Assembly (NCBI RefSeq): GCF_009734345.1
Contig: NZ_CP032551.1
Coordinates: 270,001 to 302,000 of the forward strand
Origin: Pseudidiomarina andamanensis
Lineage (GTDB): Bacteria; Pseudomonadota; Gammaproteobacteria; Enterobacterales; Alteromonadaceae
DNA length: 32,000 nucleotides
Direction of reading: 5' to 3'
Part shown: positions 19,573 to 27,202 of the stretch, in pieces
How positions within the stretch are numbered: the first letter of the stretch is position 1
How the letters are laid out: each line of letters begins with the position of its first letter
Made by a program: the position numbers and the translations under genes
The notes under the pieces: generated by a model
Databases searched by the model: none
The model's input: only the letters and a program-made list of their open reading frames with translations
What the model was told of the DNA's origin: nothing

Positions 19573-21879
19573 ATGAAGATTAAAAGTTTTCGGTCACGAT
19601 TGTTATTGGTATTTACCGCACTTGCAGGTGCGGTTTTGCTGTTTGCGCTAATTGCTATTTGGTTAGCCACGTCACAACAATCTGAGCGAACGCTAGAACG
19701 CGAACTTGAAGTGAGTGAACGTGTTTTTGCTGAGCTTGTTGATGTGCGAGCTCAGCAATTACAACAAGCCGCCGAAGTTTTAACGACAGATTTCGGGTTT
19801 CGCGAGGCGATTGCCAGCAGTGATGAGAACACCATTATTTCAGCGCTAGTCAATCACGGTCAGCGTATTGGTACTGATCTGATTGTCGTTCAATCTCCGC
19901 AGGGCGAGGAAATTGCCGCAACACACGCAACACAGTTATTGCCACCTTTAGCGACGCTAACTAATGCCCCCGTTCAAGCTCAATTCGTTACCGTTAATGA
20001 AGAGATTTTTCAGATAGTGACGGTGCCGGTTCGCGCGCCGAATTTAATCGCATGGGCAACACTCGGGTTTGCTATTGATGATGATTTTGCGGTTTTAATG
20101 CGACAGCTGACCCATGCCGATATTACCTTTTTGAATCAACTTACCGGGACGATCTATGCAACCAGTTTAGATTCAGAACAGCGCGAGATGATGGCGGAGA
20201 ATGCAAGTAACTTGCAGCAACGCTTAGCTGCCAATGATATTGCAGCTCATGTTTCGCAATACAACCGTGATAGCGCTTCCATTAATACTGAAGCAAACTT
20301 GATGATTATTTTCAGTACCGACAAGCTTGAAGCAACTCAGGAGTTTTTAACACTGCAACGTCAGTATATTGGTATTGCACTGGCAACGTTGATCTTTGCC
20401 GGACTACTTGCGACCTTTACCGCCCGAAAAATAAGCCAACCAATCACAGCGCTTACTGACGCTGCTAAAAAACTGGGTGCCGGTGACTATCGAGAGCCAG
20501 TTTCGATTCATCGCGCCGATGAGTTTGGTGCGTTGAGTGATGCTTTTGAAGGAATGCGTCAGGGAATAGCAGAGCGCGAGCAACAAATTATATTTCAATT
20601 AGAACATGATTTACTGACCGGATTACCGAATCGAGTTTCCATTCGAGCTTTGTTGAAAAGTGCTATCGAGTCGCAACAGAGTGGCTATGTTGTCCTGATG
20701 AATGTTGCTCGCTTTGGCGAAGTGAATGACCGCTTTGGGCAGCAAGTTGGCGATGAGTTGTTGCGTATGATTGCAGAACGCCTACGCGCGGCGGTTCCGA
20801 AGAATTGGTCTGTGGGGCACCTCGGTGGCGATGAATTTGTGCTGGTCGGTAAGCGACAGAGTGAACCACAGGTGAATGCTCTCATTGTCTCGCTAAAAAC
20901 TGAATTGAGCTTGCCCTGGTGGTTAGAAGAAACCAGTTATATGTTGGATTTTCATGCTGGTTATTTGGCATATCCTCATGCTGCCGATGATGCCGATAGC
21001 ATACTTCGGCGAGCTCAACTTTGTGCGCGCCAAGCGAAACGCGCAAGTGTTTTTGCGGTTGCGTACAGTCAAGGGATGGACGAGCAATATCTACGGCGTT
21101 TACAGATTGTTCAATCACTACCAAGTGCGGTTCGAGAACAGCGCTTGCAATTGCACTTTCAACCGAAGCTGTCGTGTCAAACCGGGCAGGTACTCGGTGT
21201 TGAGGCATTATTAAGGTGGCGTGATGAACAACTTGGTGTGGTTCGGCCCGATGAATTTATTCCGTTGGCGGAGCAAACGGGGGAAATTCAGCGTTTAACG
21301 CGATGGGTTTGTGGCGCCGCGTTGGACCAATTGCAACTGTGGCACGAGCAGGGGTTGCAATTGAGCTTAGCAATTAACTTGTCGGCACTTGATTTGCAAT
21401 GGTCTGAATTAGTTGCGTTTGTCACTGACTCGGCGAAGCAGCGAGGTTTGTCGCCGGCATGGATTACTTTAGAAGTAACCGAAAGTGCAGTGATGGTAGA
21501 CCCTGAACAGGCTATTTCGCGTTTGCAGGAGTTACGTGAAGTAGGATTCAAAATTGCGATTGACGATTATGGCACCGGATATGCGTCGCTGGCGCAACTC
21601 AAACGTCTACCAGCCGATGAGCTGAAGCTCGATCGATCGTTCATTCAACACATTGCATCGATACCTGAAGATGAAACTATTGTGCGCTCAACGATTTTGC
21701 TCGCACATGAATTGAAGTTAACCACTGTAGCCGAGGGTATTGAGGAAGATTCCGCTTGGCAAGTTTTAAAACAGTTGGGCTGTGATACGGTGCAAGGTTA
21801 TTACTTCAGTCGACCGCTCGCAGCGGCGCAGTTCGAAGAATGGTTGGATAATTACCAAAGAGAGAGTAGGCATGGGTAA
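19573..21879 (+). CDS. Inner-membrane signalling protein: TM, periplasmic sensor domain of about 230 aa, TM, HAMP, GGDEF, EAL (probable c-di-GMP phosphodiesterase)
   Basis: 768 aa. TM helices at about aa 11-32 and 266-284. HAMP at about 285-338. GGDEF motif at 418-422, preceded by LTGLPNR. EAL at 544-546 with the full catalytic set (LLRW, INLS, EVTES, DDYGTGY, KLDRSF, AEGIE, QGYYFSRP). Confidence 0.9.
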   Translation: MKIKSFRSRLLLVFTALAGAVLLFALIAIWLATSQQSERTLERELEVSERVFAELVDVRAQQLQQAAEVLTTDFGFREAIASSDENTIISALVNHGQRIGTDLIVVQSPQGEEIAATHATQLLPPLATLTNAPVQAQFVTVNEEIFQIVTVPVRAPNLIAWATLGFAIDDDFAVLMRQLTHADITFLNQLTGTIYATSLDSEQREMMAENASNLQQRLAANDIAAHVSQYNRDSASINTEANLMIIFSTDKLEATQEFLTLQRQYIGIALATLIFAGLLATFTARKISQPITALTDAAKKLGAGDYREPVSIHRADEFGALSDAFEGMRQGIAEREQQIIFQLEHDLLTGLPNRVSIRALLKSAIESQQSGYVVLMNVARFGEVNDRFGQQVGDELLRMIAERLRAAVPKNWSVGHLGGDEFVLVGKRQSEPQVNALIVSLKTELSLPWWLEETSYMLDFHAGYLAYPHAADDADSILRRAQLCARQAKRASVFAVAYSQGMDEQYLRRLQIVQSLPSAVREQRLQLHFQPKLSCQTGQVLGVEALLRWRDEQLGVVRPDEFIPLAEQTGEIQRLTRWVCGAALDQLQLWHEQGLQLSLAINLSALDLQWSELVAFVTDSAKQRGLSPAWITLEVTESAVMVDPEQAISRLQELREVGFKIAIDDYGTGYASLAQLKRLPADELKLDRSFIQHIASIPEDETIVRSTILLAHELKLTTVAEGIEEDSAWQVLKQLGCDTVQGYYFSRPLAAAQFEEWLDNYQRESRHG

Positions 21880-22723
21880 ATTAACTGGGCTTGTTATGCC
21901 AGCTTTGGCGGTTGCAACACTGTTTGTAAGCCAGAGTGCGATGGCTGATTTTGGCCGAATTATTGCAACGGGCGGTTTAACAACAGTCGAAGGCAGCGGC
22001 GGTGGCGGCCTAGTCCCATGGGCAACACTCTCGAGCTATGCCGAAGAAGGGCAGTGGGGCGGAACTGTCGCCTATAATCAAGCGGATGTGGATGACTATA
22101 AATTGACGGTAAAAGCTGCCACGCTGTCTTTTGATAATCGTTGGGAATTTAGTGTCGCCAAACAACAATTTGATTTACTAAGTCTTGGTGGAAGCCTGAA
22201 GCAGGATATTTATGGGATTAAATATCGAATTGCTGGTGATATTTTGTATGGTGATCTGCCGCAATTTACGGTTGGCATCCAGCATAAACGAAATCAGTCT
22301 TTGGACTTACCGCAGGCGGTTGGTGCACAAGATGATACAGGAACAGATTTCTATATAAGCGGCGCCAAAGTTTGGCTTGATGGTCTCTGGCATCGCACGT
22401 GGTTGGCGAACCTAACATTGCGAGCCACTAAGGCTAACGAAATGGGGTTACTTGGTTTCGGTGGTGATGCGAATAACAGTTATGAGCTACAGAGCGAGCT
22501 TGCCGTCGGTATGTTCATTAATCGGCATTGGGTGATTGGTGTGGAATATCGACAGAAACCCAATAACTTAGGCTTCGCGAAAGAGCATGACTGGCATGAC
22601 GTTTTCGTGGGATGGTTTCCGCATAAGCGTGTTGCAGTCGCGTTGGCATACACGCAATTGCAATCAATAGCCGGTGCTGATGGTCAAGATGGCATCTATG
22701 GTTCACTTCAGGTTACGTTTTAA
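21872..22723 (+). CDS. Secreted beta-barrel-like protein, probably outer membrane (DUF3034-like, assigned from memory)
   Basis: Signal peptide MGKLTGLVMPALAVATLFVSQSAMA|DF, a Gly-rich GGLTTVEGSGGGGLVPWATL segment, alternating-hydrophobicity strands and the C-terminus YGSLQVTF (terminal Phe). The ATG at 21872 overlaps the upstream stop by 8 nt (ATGGGTAA) and follows GAGAGTAGG. The ORF-track start at 21782 is an in-gene extension. Confidence 0.7.
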   Translation: MGKLTGLVMPALAVATLFVSQSAMADFGRIIATGGLTTVEGSGGGGLVPWATLSSYAEEGQWGGTVAYNQADVDDYKLTVKAATLSFDNRWEFSVAKQQFDLLSLGGSLKQDIYGIKYRIAGDILYGDLPQFTVGIQHKRNQSLDLPQAVGAQDDTGTDFYISGAKVWLDGLWHRTWLANLTLRATKANEMGLLGFGGDANNSYELQSELAVGMFINRHWVIGVEYRQKPNNLGFAKEHDWHDVFVGWFPHKRVAVALAYTQLQSIAGADGQDGIYGSLQVTF

Positions 22724-22734
22724 GGAGATTCACA

Positions 22735-23151
22735 ATGATTCGAGCATACTTGCTTGGCTTCATTATCATGTTGGCGTTGCCGGCGAACGCGACCGAACGA
22801 ACGTTATATGACGAGCTTGGTCAGCAGCAGGGTATAAGCCAGCTCATGGAAGCCTTTATTCTCGAAATTGCTGAAGATGAGCGTGTTATTCATCACTTTG
22901 AAAATGTCGATATCGACCGTTTTCACCGCATGCTGTCGGAGCATATTTGTGATCTCTCTGGTGGCCCTTGCGATTATTCTGGCGAATCGATGGTGACGGT
23001 GCATACCGGAATGGATATTTCGCGTGCTGAATTTAATGCGATTGTCGAGCACTTGATGACCGCCATGGATCAGCAAAAGCTGCCGGTTAGTACACAAAAC
23101 CGATTACTTGCTATACTCGCTTCATTCCATAAGGAAGTGATTCACCAATAA
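22735..23151 (+). CDS. Group 1 truncated hemoglobin (trHbN-like) with an N-terminal Sec-type signal peptide
   Basis: Aligns without gaps to Synechocystis GlbN as I recall it, from TLYDELG through GGPCDYSGESMVTVHTG. The proximal His is conserved. The leader MIRAYLLGFIIMLALPANA|TE precedes the globin core. AGGAG lies 7 nt upstream of the ATG. Confidence 0.8.
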   Translation: MIRAYLLGFIIMLALPANATERTLYDELGQQQGISQLMEAFILEIAEDERVIHHFENVDIDRFHRMLSEHICDLSGGPCDYSGESMVTVHTGMDISRAEFNAIVEHLMTAMDQQKLPVSTQNRLLAILASFHKEVIHQ

Positions 23152-23172
23152 CGAGAGCAGGTTTTCCCCGCC

Positions 23173-24549
23173 ATGATAAAAATAAAAATACCGCACACCT
23201 TAGTGCTGATGTTGTACATGATGATTGCAGCATTGATTCTTACCTGGGTTATTCCAGCTGGCGAATTTCAACGTACGGTTAATGATATTGGACAAACCGT
23301 TGTTCAGCCAGGCACTTACAGTGTTCTTGAAAAACAACCATTGCTGAGTCCGTTGACGTTACTTACGGTTATTCCGCAAGCGTTAGGCGATGCCCAGGCG
23401 GTTATCTTCTTTGTGCTATTAATTGGTGGCGTCATGGGTATTTTGCGCGCTACCGGTATGTTAGATGCGTTAATTGGCTTATTGCTTAAGAAGTTTGCCG
23501 ATAAGACCGGCTTGTTAATTCTCGGTGGCATGCTGACCTTCGGTATTTTCTCTGCCTTAATTGGTGTGGCTGAAGAGTATTTGATTTTTGTCGCCATGCT
23601 GGTGGCGCTCTGTCGAGCATTGAAACTTGATGGCATAACAGCAATGGGTATTTTGATAGTGGGTTATGGTATTGGCTATGGCTTATCTCTATTTAATCCA
23701 TTTACGTTACTGATTGCCCAAGCCGTTGCCGAAGTACCGCCGGCATCGGGATTATGGTACCGACTCGTTTTATGGCCAATATTGTTTGGCATCGCATTTC
23801 ATCATGTCTATGGCTATGCCAAACGCGTTGCTGCTGATCCTGCCGCCTCATTGCTTGCGGATATAACGCCGGCAAAAACCAATGAACAAGATGACTACCC
23901 AGCACTAAATGGCCGTCATAAAATCATTCTACTTGGCTTTGTCGCCGTACTTGGCGTGCTGATTTGGGGCATTAAAGTTCATGGTTGGTATTTGGTTGAG
24001 CTGAGTGCGTTATTTTTAGGTTTCGGTTTGTTTGCCGCTCTGGTTGCTAAAATGGGTGCTAGCGACGCAGCGAACAAGTTTATTGAAGGCGCTGCTGAAT
24101 TAACGGCAACGGCATTGCTCATTGGCTTTGCTCGATCGATTGCTATGATTATGGAACAGGGGCAGGTACTCGACACGGTTATTTATTACCTAGCGATGCC
24201 GGTTGAAGCTTTTGGGGCGCATTTTGGTGCGGTTAGTATGCTCATCATTCAAAGTATACTGAATTTGTTTATTCCTTCAGGAAGCGGACAAGCCTTTGTC
24301 ACCATGCCGATTATGGTCCCGATTGCCGATACAGCTGGTATTGGTCGTCAAATTGCGGTGTTGGCGTTCCAAATGGGCGATGGCTTGATGAACATGATTG
24401 TGCCGACTAATCCTGTATTAATGGGAATTTTAGGTTTAGCAGGTGTGCCCTACGAGCGTTGGTTTAAGTTCGTTGCCCCGTTGATGTTGAAGTTGTTATT
24501 TGCCTGTGCGATAGCAATGATTGTTGCTGTCGCGATAGGTTATCAATAA
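23173..24549 (+). CDS. YfcC-family (DcuC/C4-dicarboxylate-anaerobic-carrier-like) membrane transporter
   Basis: 458 aa with 10 or more TM helices. The N-terminus IPHTLVLMLYMMIAALILTWVIPAGEFQR resembles E. coli YfcC. It starts 21 nt after the globin stop with no intervening hairpin. Confidence 0.8.
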   Translation: MIKIKIPHTLVLMLYMMIAALILTWVIPAGEFQRTVNDIGQTVVQPGTYSVLEKQPLLSPLTLLTVIPQALGDAQAVIFFVLLIGGVMGILRATGMLDALIGLLLKKFADKTGLLILGGMLTFGIFSALIGVAEEYLIFVAMLVALCRALKLDGITAMGILIVGYGIGYGLSLFNPFTLLIAQAVAEVPPASGLWYRLVLWPILFGIAFHHVYGYAKRVAADPAASLLADITPAKTNEQDDYPALNGRHKIILLGFVAVLGVLIWGIKVHGWYLVELSALFLGFGLFAALVAKMGASDAANKFIEGAAELTATALLIGFARSIAMIMEQGQVLDTVIYYLAMPVEAFGAHFGAVSMLIIQSILNLFIPSGSGQAFVTMPIMVPIADTAGIGRQIAVLAFQMGDGLMNMIVPTNPVLMGILGLAGVPYERWFKFVAPLMLKLLFACAIAMIVAVAIGYQ

Positions 24550-24574
24550 TTAGAAAACGGACATAATTTGCGAT

Positions 24575-25489
24575 ATGGATAGTGCAACATTGAACGAAGG
24601 TACGAAGACTGCGGCGGTACAAGAAGCTGTGCCGCCCTGTTTGGTATCGACACGTTGGCTGGCTGCGAACATTAAAAAAAGCCATGTTCATGTGTTGGAT
24701 GCGAGCATGACAAAGGTTGTTGGGCGCACGCCACTGGAATACAACGAACTCACAGTTATTCCCAATTCAATTTATTTAGACTTAGAGCAGCGGTTAACAG
24801 ATACCTCGTCGGCGCTACCCAATACCTTTCCGACCGCTGAGCAAGTGACACTAGCGCTACAAGAACTGGGTGTTAATAAAACCGATACGGTGGTTGTGTA
24901 TGACAACCAAGGCATTTACTCATCGCCACGAGCTTGGGTGATACTAAAAGCCATGGGGTTTGATAAGGTTTGTATTCTTGATGGTGGTTTGCCACAGTGG
25001 TTAGCCGATAACTATCCTGCCGCAACTGAATACGCGTTGCCGCGAGCAGCACGCGGCAACTTTGTCGCAAAGTTCAATAAAAGCTGGCTGGTGTCGTCAA
25101 AAGAAGTGCTCAAAGCAACCCAAAGTGGTTCAAGTAGTATTATCGATGCACGCTCACCAGACCGCTTCAATGGCACGAAACCAGAGCCAAGAGAAGGGAT
25201 GCGCAGTGGCCATATTCGCAGCTCTTTTAATTTGCCATTTCTCGAAGTTCTCGATGATAACCGTTATAGAAAACCTGATGACCTCGAAGAAATGTTTATT
25301 TCGTTGGTGGGCCCCAAATCACCCCATTTAATTTTGACCTGTGGTTCAGGTATCACGGCATGTATTTTATTAGTTGCGGCAAGAATCGCCGGTTTTACTG
25401 AAGTGCAACTCTATGATGGGTCATGGTCCGAATGGGGCGCCAATCCACAGCTCCCCATCGAACCAATCTCTTCTTCGAATAACCAATAA
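24575..25489 (+). CDS. sseA: Two-domain rhodanese, 3-mercaptopyruvate/thiosulfate sulfurtransferase (SseA-like)
   Basis: Tandem rhodanese domains with active-site loop CGSGITAC. 304 aa. The last codons and the stop lie inside the heptad repeat. Confidence 0.82.
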   Translation: MDSATLNEGTKTAAVQEAVPPCLVSTRWLAANIKKSHVHVLDASMTKVVGRTPLEYNELTVIPNSIYLDLEQRLTDTSSALPNTFPTAEQVTLALQELGVNKTDTVVVYDNQGIYSSPRAWVILKAMGFDKVCILDGGLPQWLADNYPAATEYALPRAARGNFVAKFNKSWLVSSKEVLKATQSGSSSIIDARSPDRFNGTKPEPREGMRSGHIRSSFNLPFLEVLDDNRYRKPDDLEEMFISLVGPKSPHLILTCGSGITACILLVAARIAGFTEVQLYDGSWSEWGANPQLPIEPISSSNNQ

Positions 25490-25505
25490 CGAGTAACCAA
25501 TAACG
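25477..25505 (+). repeat. Solo copy of the heptad-array repeat (GAATAAC CAATAAC GAGTAAC CAATAAC G)
   Basis: It has the same 4 x 7-nt architecture as the arms at 15861-15888 and 15956-15983, and shares CAATAACGCTTT with the right arm. It fills most of the 19-nt gap between the convergent sseA-like stop (25489) and ychF stop (25509). Confidence 0.65.
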
Positions 25506-25508
25506 CTT

Positions 25509-26600
25509 TTACACGTTAAACCGGAACAAGATCACATCGCCATCTTTCACAATATACTCTTTACCTTCTTCACGACGCTTACCAGCTTCCTTCGCACCTT
25601 GTTCACCCTTGAATTCAATATAGTCGTCAAAGCCAACAACAACGGCACGGATAAAGCCTTTTTCAAAATCGGTGTGAATTTTACCAGCAGCTTGTGGCGC
25701 CGTTGCACCTACTGGAATAGTCCAAGCGCGAACTTCCTTCACACCTGCAGTGAAATAGGTTTGTAAGTTTAATAGCTGATAGCCGCCACGAATAACACGG
25801 TTTAAACCTGGTTCAGTTAAACCAAGGTCAGCCATGAACTCGGCCTTTTCCTCGTCATCAAGCTCGGCAATTTCTGATTCGATTTTAGCACACACAGGAA
25901 CAACAATCGCATTCTCTTTGCTGGCGATTTCGCGCACTTTATCGAGGTATGGATTATTCTCAAAACCATCGTCATTCACGTTAGCGATGTACATGGTTGG
26001 CTTCATGGTGAGTAAGTTGTAGCTACGAATCGTTGCCTTTTCGTCGTCCGATAGCGCTACTGAACGCGCCATTTCGCCGCTTTCTAGAGCAGGTAAAAGC
26101 TTTTGTAACACGGCAATTTCAGCGGCTGCTTGCTTATCACCACCTTTCGCTTTTTTACCCTGACGGTGTATCGCTTTTTCGACGCTGTCTAAGTCAGCAA
26201 GAGCAAGCTCAGTATTGATGACTTCGATGTCTTCGGCTGGGTCAACCTTACCAGCAACGTGAACAATGTTGTCGTTTTCAAAACAACGAACCACATGGCC
26301 AATCGCATCTGTCTCACGAATGTTCGCTAAGAACTGATTACCAAGGCCTTCGCCTTTTGAGGCGCCTTTTACGAGACCGGCGATATCCACAAACTCCATG
26401 GTGGTCGGAACCACACGTTGTGGATTCACAATTTTAGCGAGTTCATCAAGACGCGGATCAGGAACCGCGACCACACCCGTATTTGGCTCGATGGTACAGA
26501 AAGGGAAGTTTGCAGCTTCAATACCTGCTTTGGTCAGCGCGTTAAACAGCGTTGATTTACCTACGTTCGGCAAGCCGACGATACCACACTTGAATCCCAT
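25509..26600 (-). CDS. ychF: Redox-regulated ribosome-binding ATPase YchF (Obg-family)
   Basis: G1 motif GLPNVGKST. 363 aa with a TGS-like C-terminus. Lies in pth-ychF synteny. Confidence 0.96.
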   Translation of the reverse strand: MGFKCGIVGLPNVGKSTLFNALTKAGIEAANFPFCTIEPNTGVVAVPDPRLDELAKIVNPQRVVPTTMEFVDIAGLVKGASKGEGLGNQFLANIRETDAIGHVVRCFENDNIVHVAGKVDPAEDIEVINTELALADLDSVEKAIHRQGKKAKGGDKQAAAEIAVLQKLLPALESGEMARSVALSDDEKATIRSYNLLTMKPTMYIANVNDDGFENNPYLDKVREIASKENAIVVPVCAKIESEIAELDDEEKAEFMADLGLTEPGLNRVIRGGYQLLNLQTYFTAGVKEVRAWTIPVGATAPQAAGKIHTDFEKGFIRAVVVGFDDYIEFKGEQGAKEAGKRREEGKEYIVKDGDVILFRFNV

Positions 26601-26602
26601 GC

Positions 26603-27196
26603 TTATTTCTCTCTCTGTGCTTTGAAACTATGTAAATGCTGCGTTGCCGCGCGCAGGTCTTGCTGCATTAGTATATCAATGCTGCGGCATGCTTCCGTAA
26701 TGGTATCGTCCATCAATAGTTGATCAGCTTGAGGCGCTTTACCAAGCACCCAGCCGGTAACTTTGCTCTTGTCACCTGGATGACCGATACCGATACGTAA
26801 GCGATGAAAATCAGGCGTTCCCAGTCGCGCTACAATGTCTTTGATGCCGTTATGCCCGCCAGTGCCGCCTCCGGTTTTAAACTTCGCCACACCGGGTGGG
26901 AGATCAAGCTCGTCGTAAGCGACTAAAATTTCATGCGGCTCAATTTTGTAGAAGTTTGCGAGGGTAGCGACGGCATTGCCGCTTCGATTCATAAATTGCA
27001 TTGGCAGCAACAGACGTAAATCCGTGGCGCCTTTTTGAATACGTGCGGTATGACCGAAGAATTTGGTTTCAGGCTGAAGTGTTTGGCCGTGCATGCGAGC
27101 ATATTGCTCGACTAACCAGAAGCCTGCATTGTGTCGTGTTTGGGAGTATTCGGGGCCTGGATTACCCAGGCCCACGAGTAAGCGAATGGTCGACAT
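26603..27196 (-). CDS. pth: Peptidyl-tRNA hydrolase
   Basis: [20 protein letters not shown] and [11 protein letters not shown] motifs. 197 aa. Confidence 0.95.
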   Translation of the reverse strand: MSTIRLLVGLGNPGPEYSQTRHNAGFWLVEQYARMHGQTLQPETKFFGHTARIQKGATDLRLLLPMQFMNRSGNAVATLANFYKIEPHEILVAYDELDLPPGVAKFKTGGGTGGHNGIKDIVARLGTPDFHRLRIGIGHPGDKSKVTGWVLGKAPQADQLLMDDTITEACRSIDILMQQDLRAATQHLHSFKAQREK

Positions 27197-27202
27197 AAGA
27201 CC

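Noticed and set aside
21782-21871. Upstream in-frame extension of the DUF3034-like ORF (MIRCKVITSVDRSQRRSS...)
   Set aside because: It lies entirely inside the EAL-domain coding sequence in another frame and has no signal-peptide character. The internal ATG at 21872 has an SD and yields a canonical signal peptide.
16019-25508. tRNA-associated genomic island or integrative element
   Set aside because: I found no integrase, transposase or phage genes and no direct repeat of a tRNA 3' end. The accessory genes lie on the promoter (5') side of the tRNA operon, not at a tRNA 3' end where integrases usually act.
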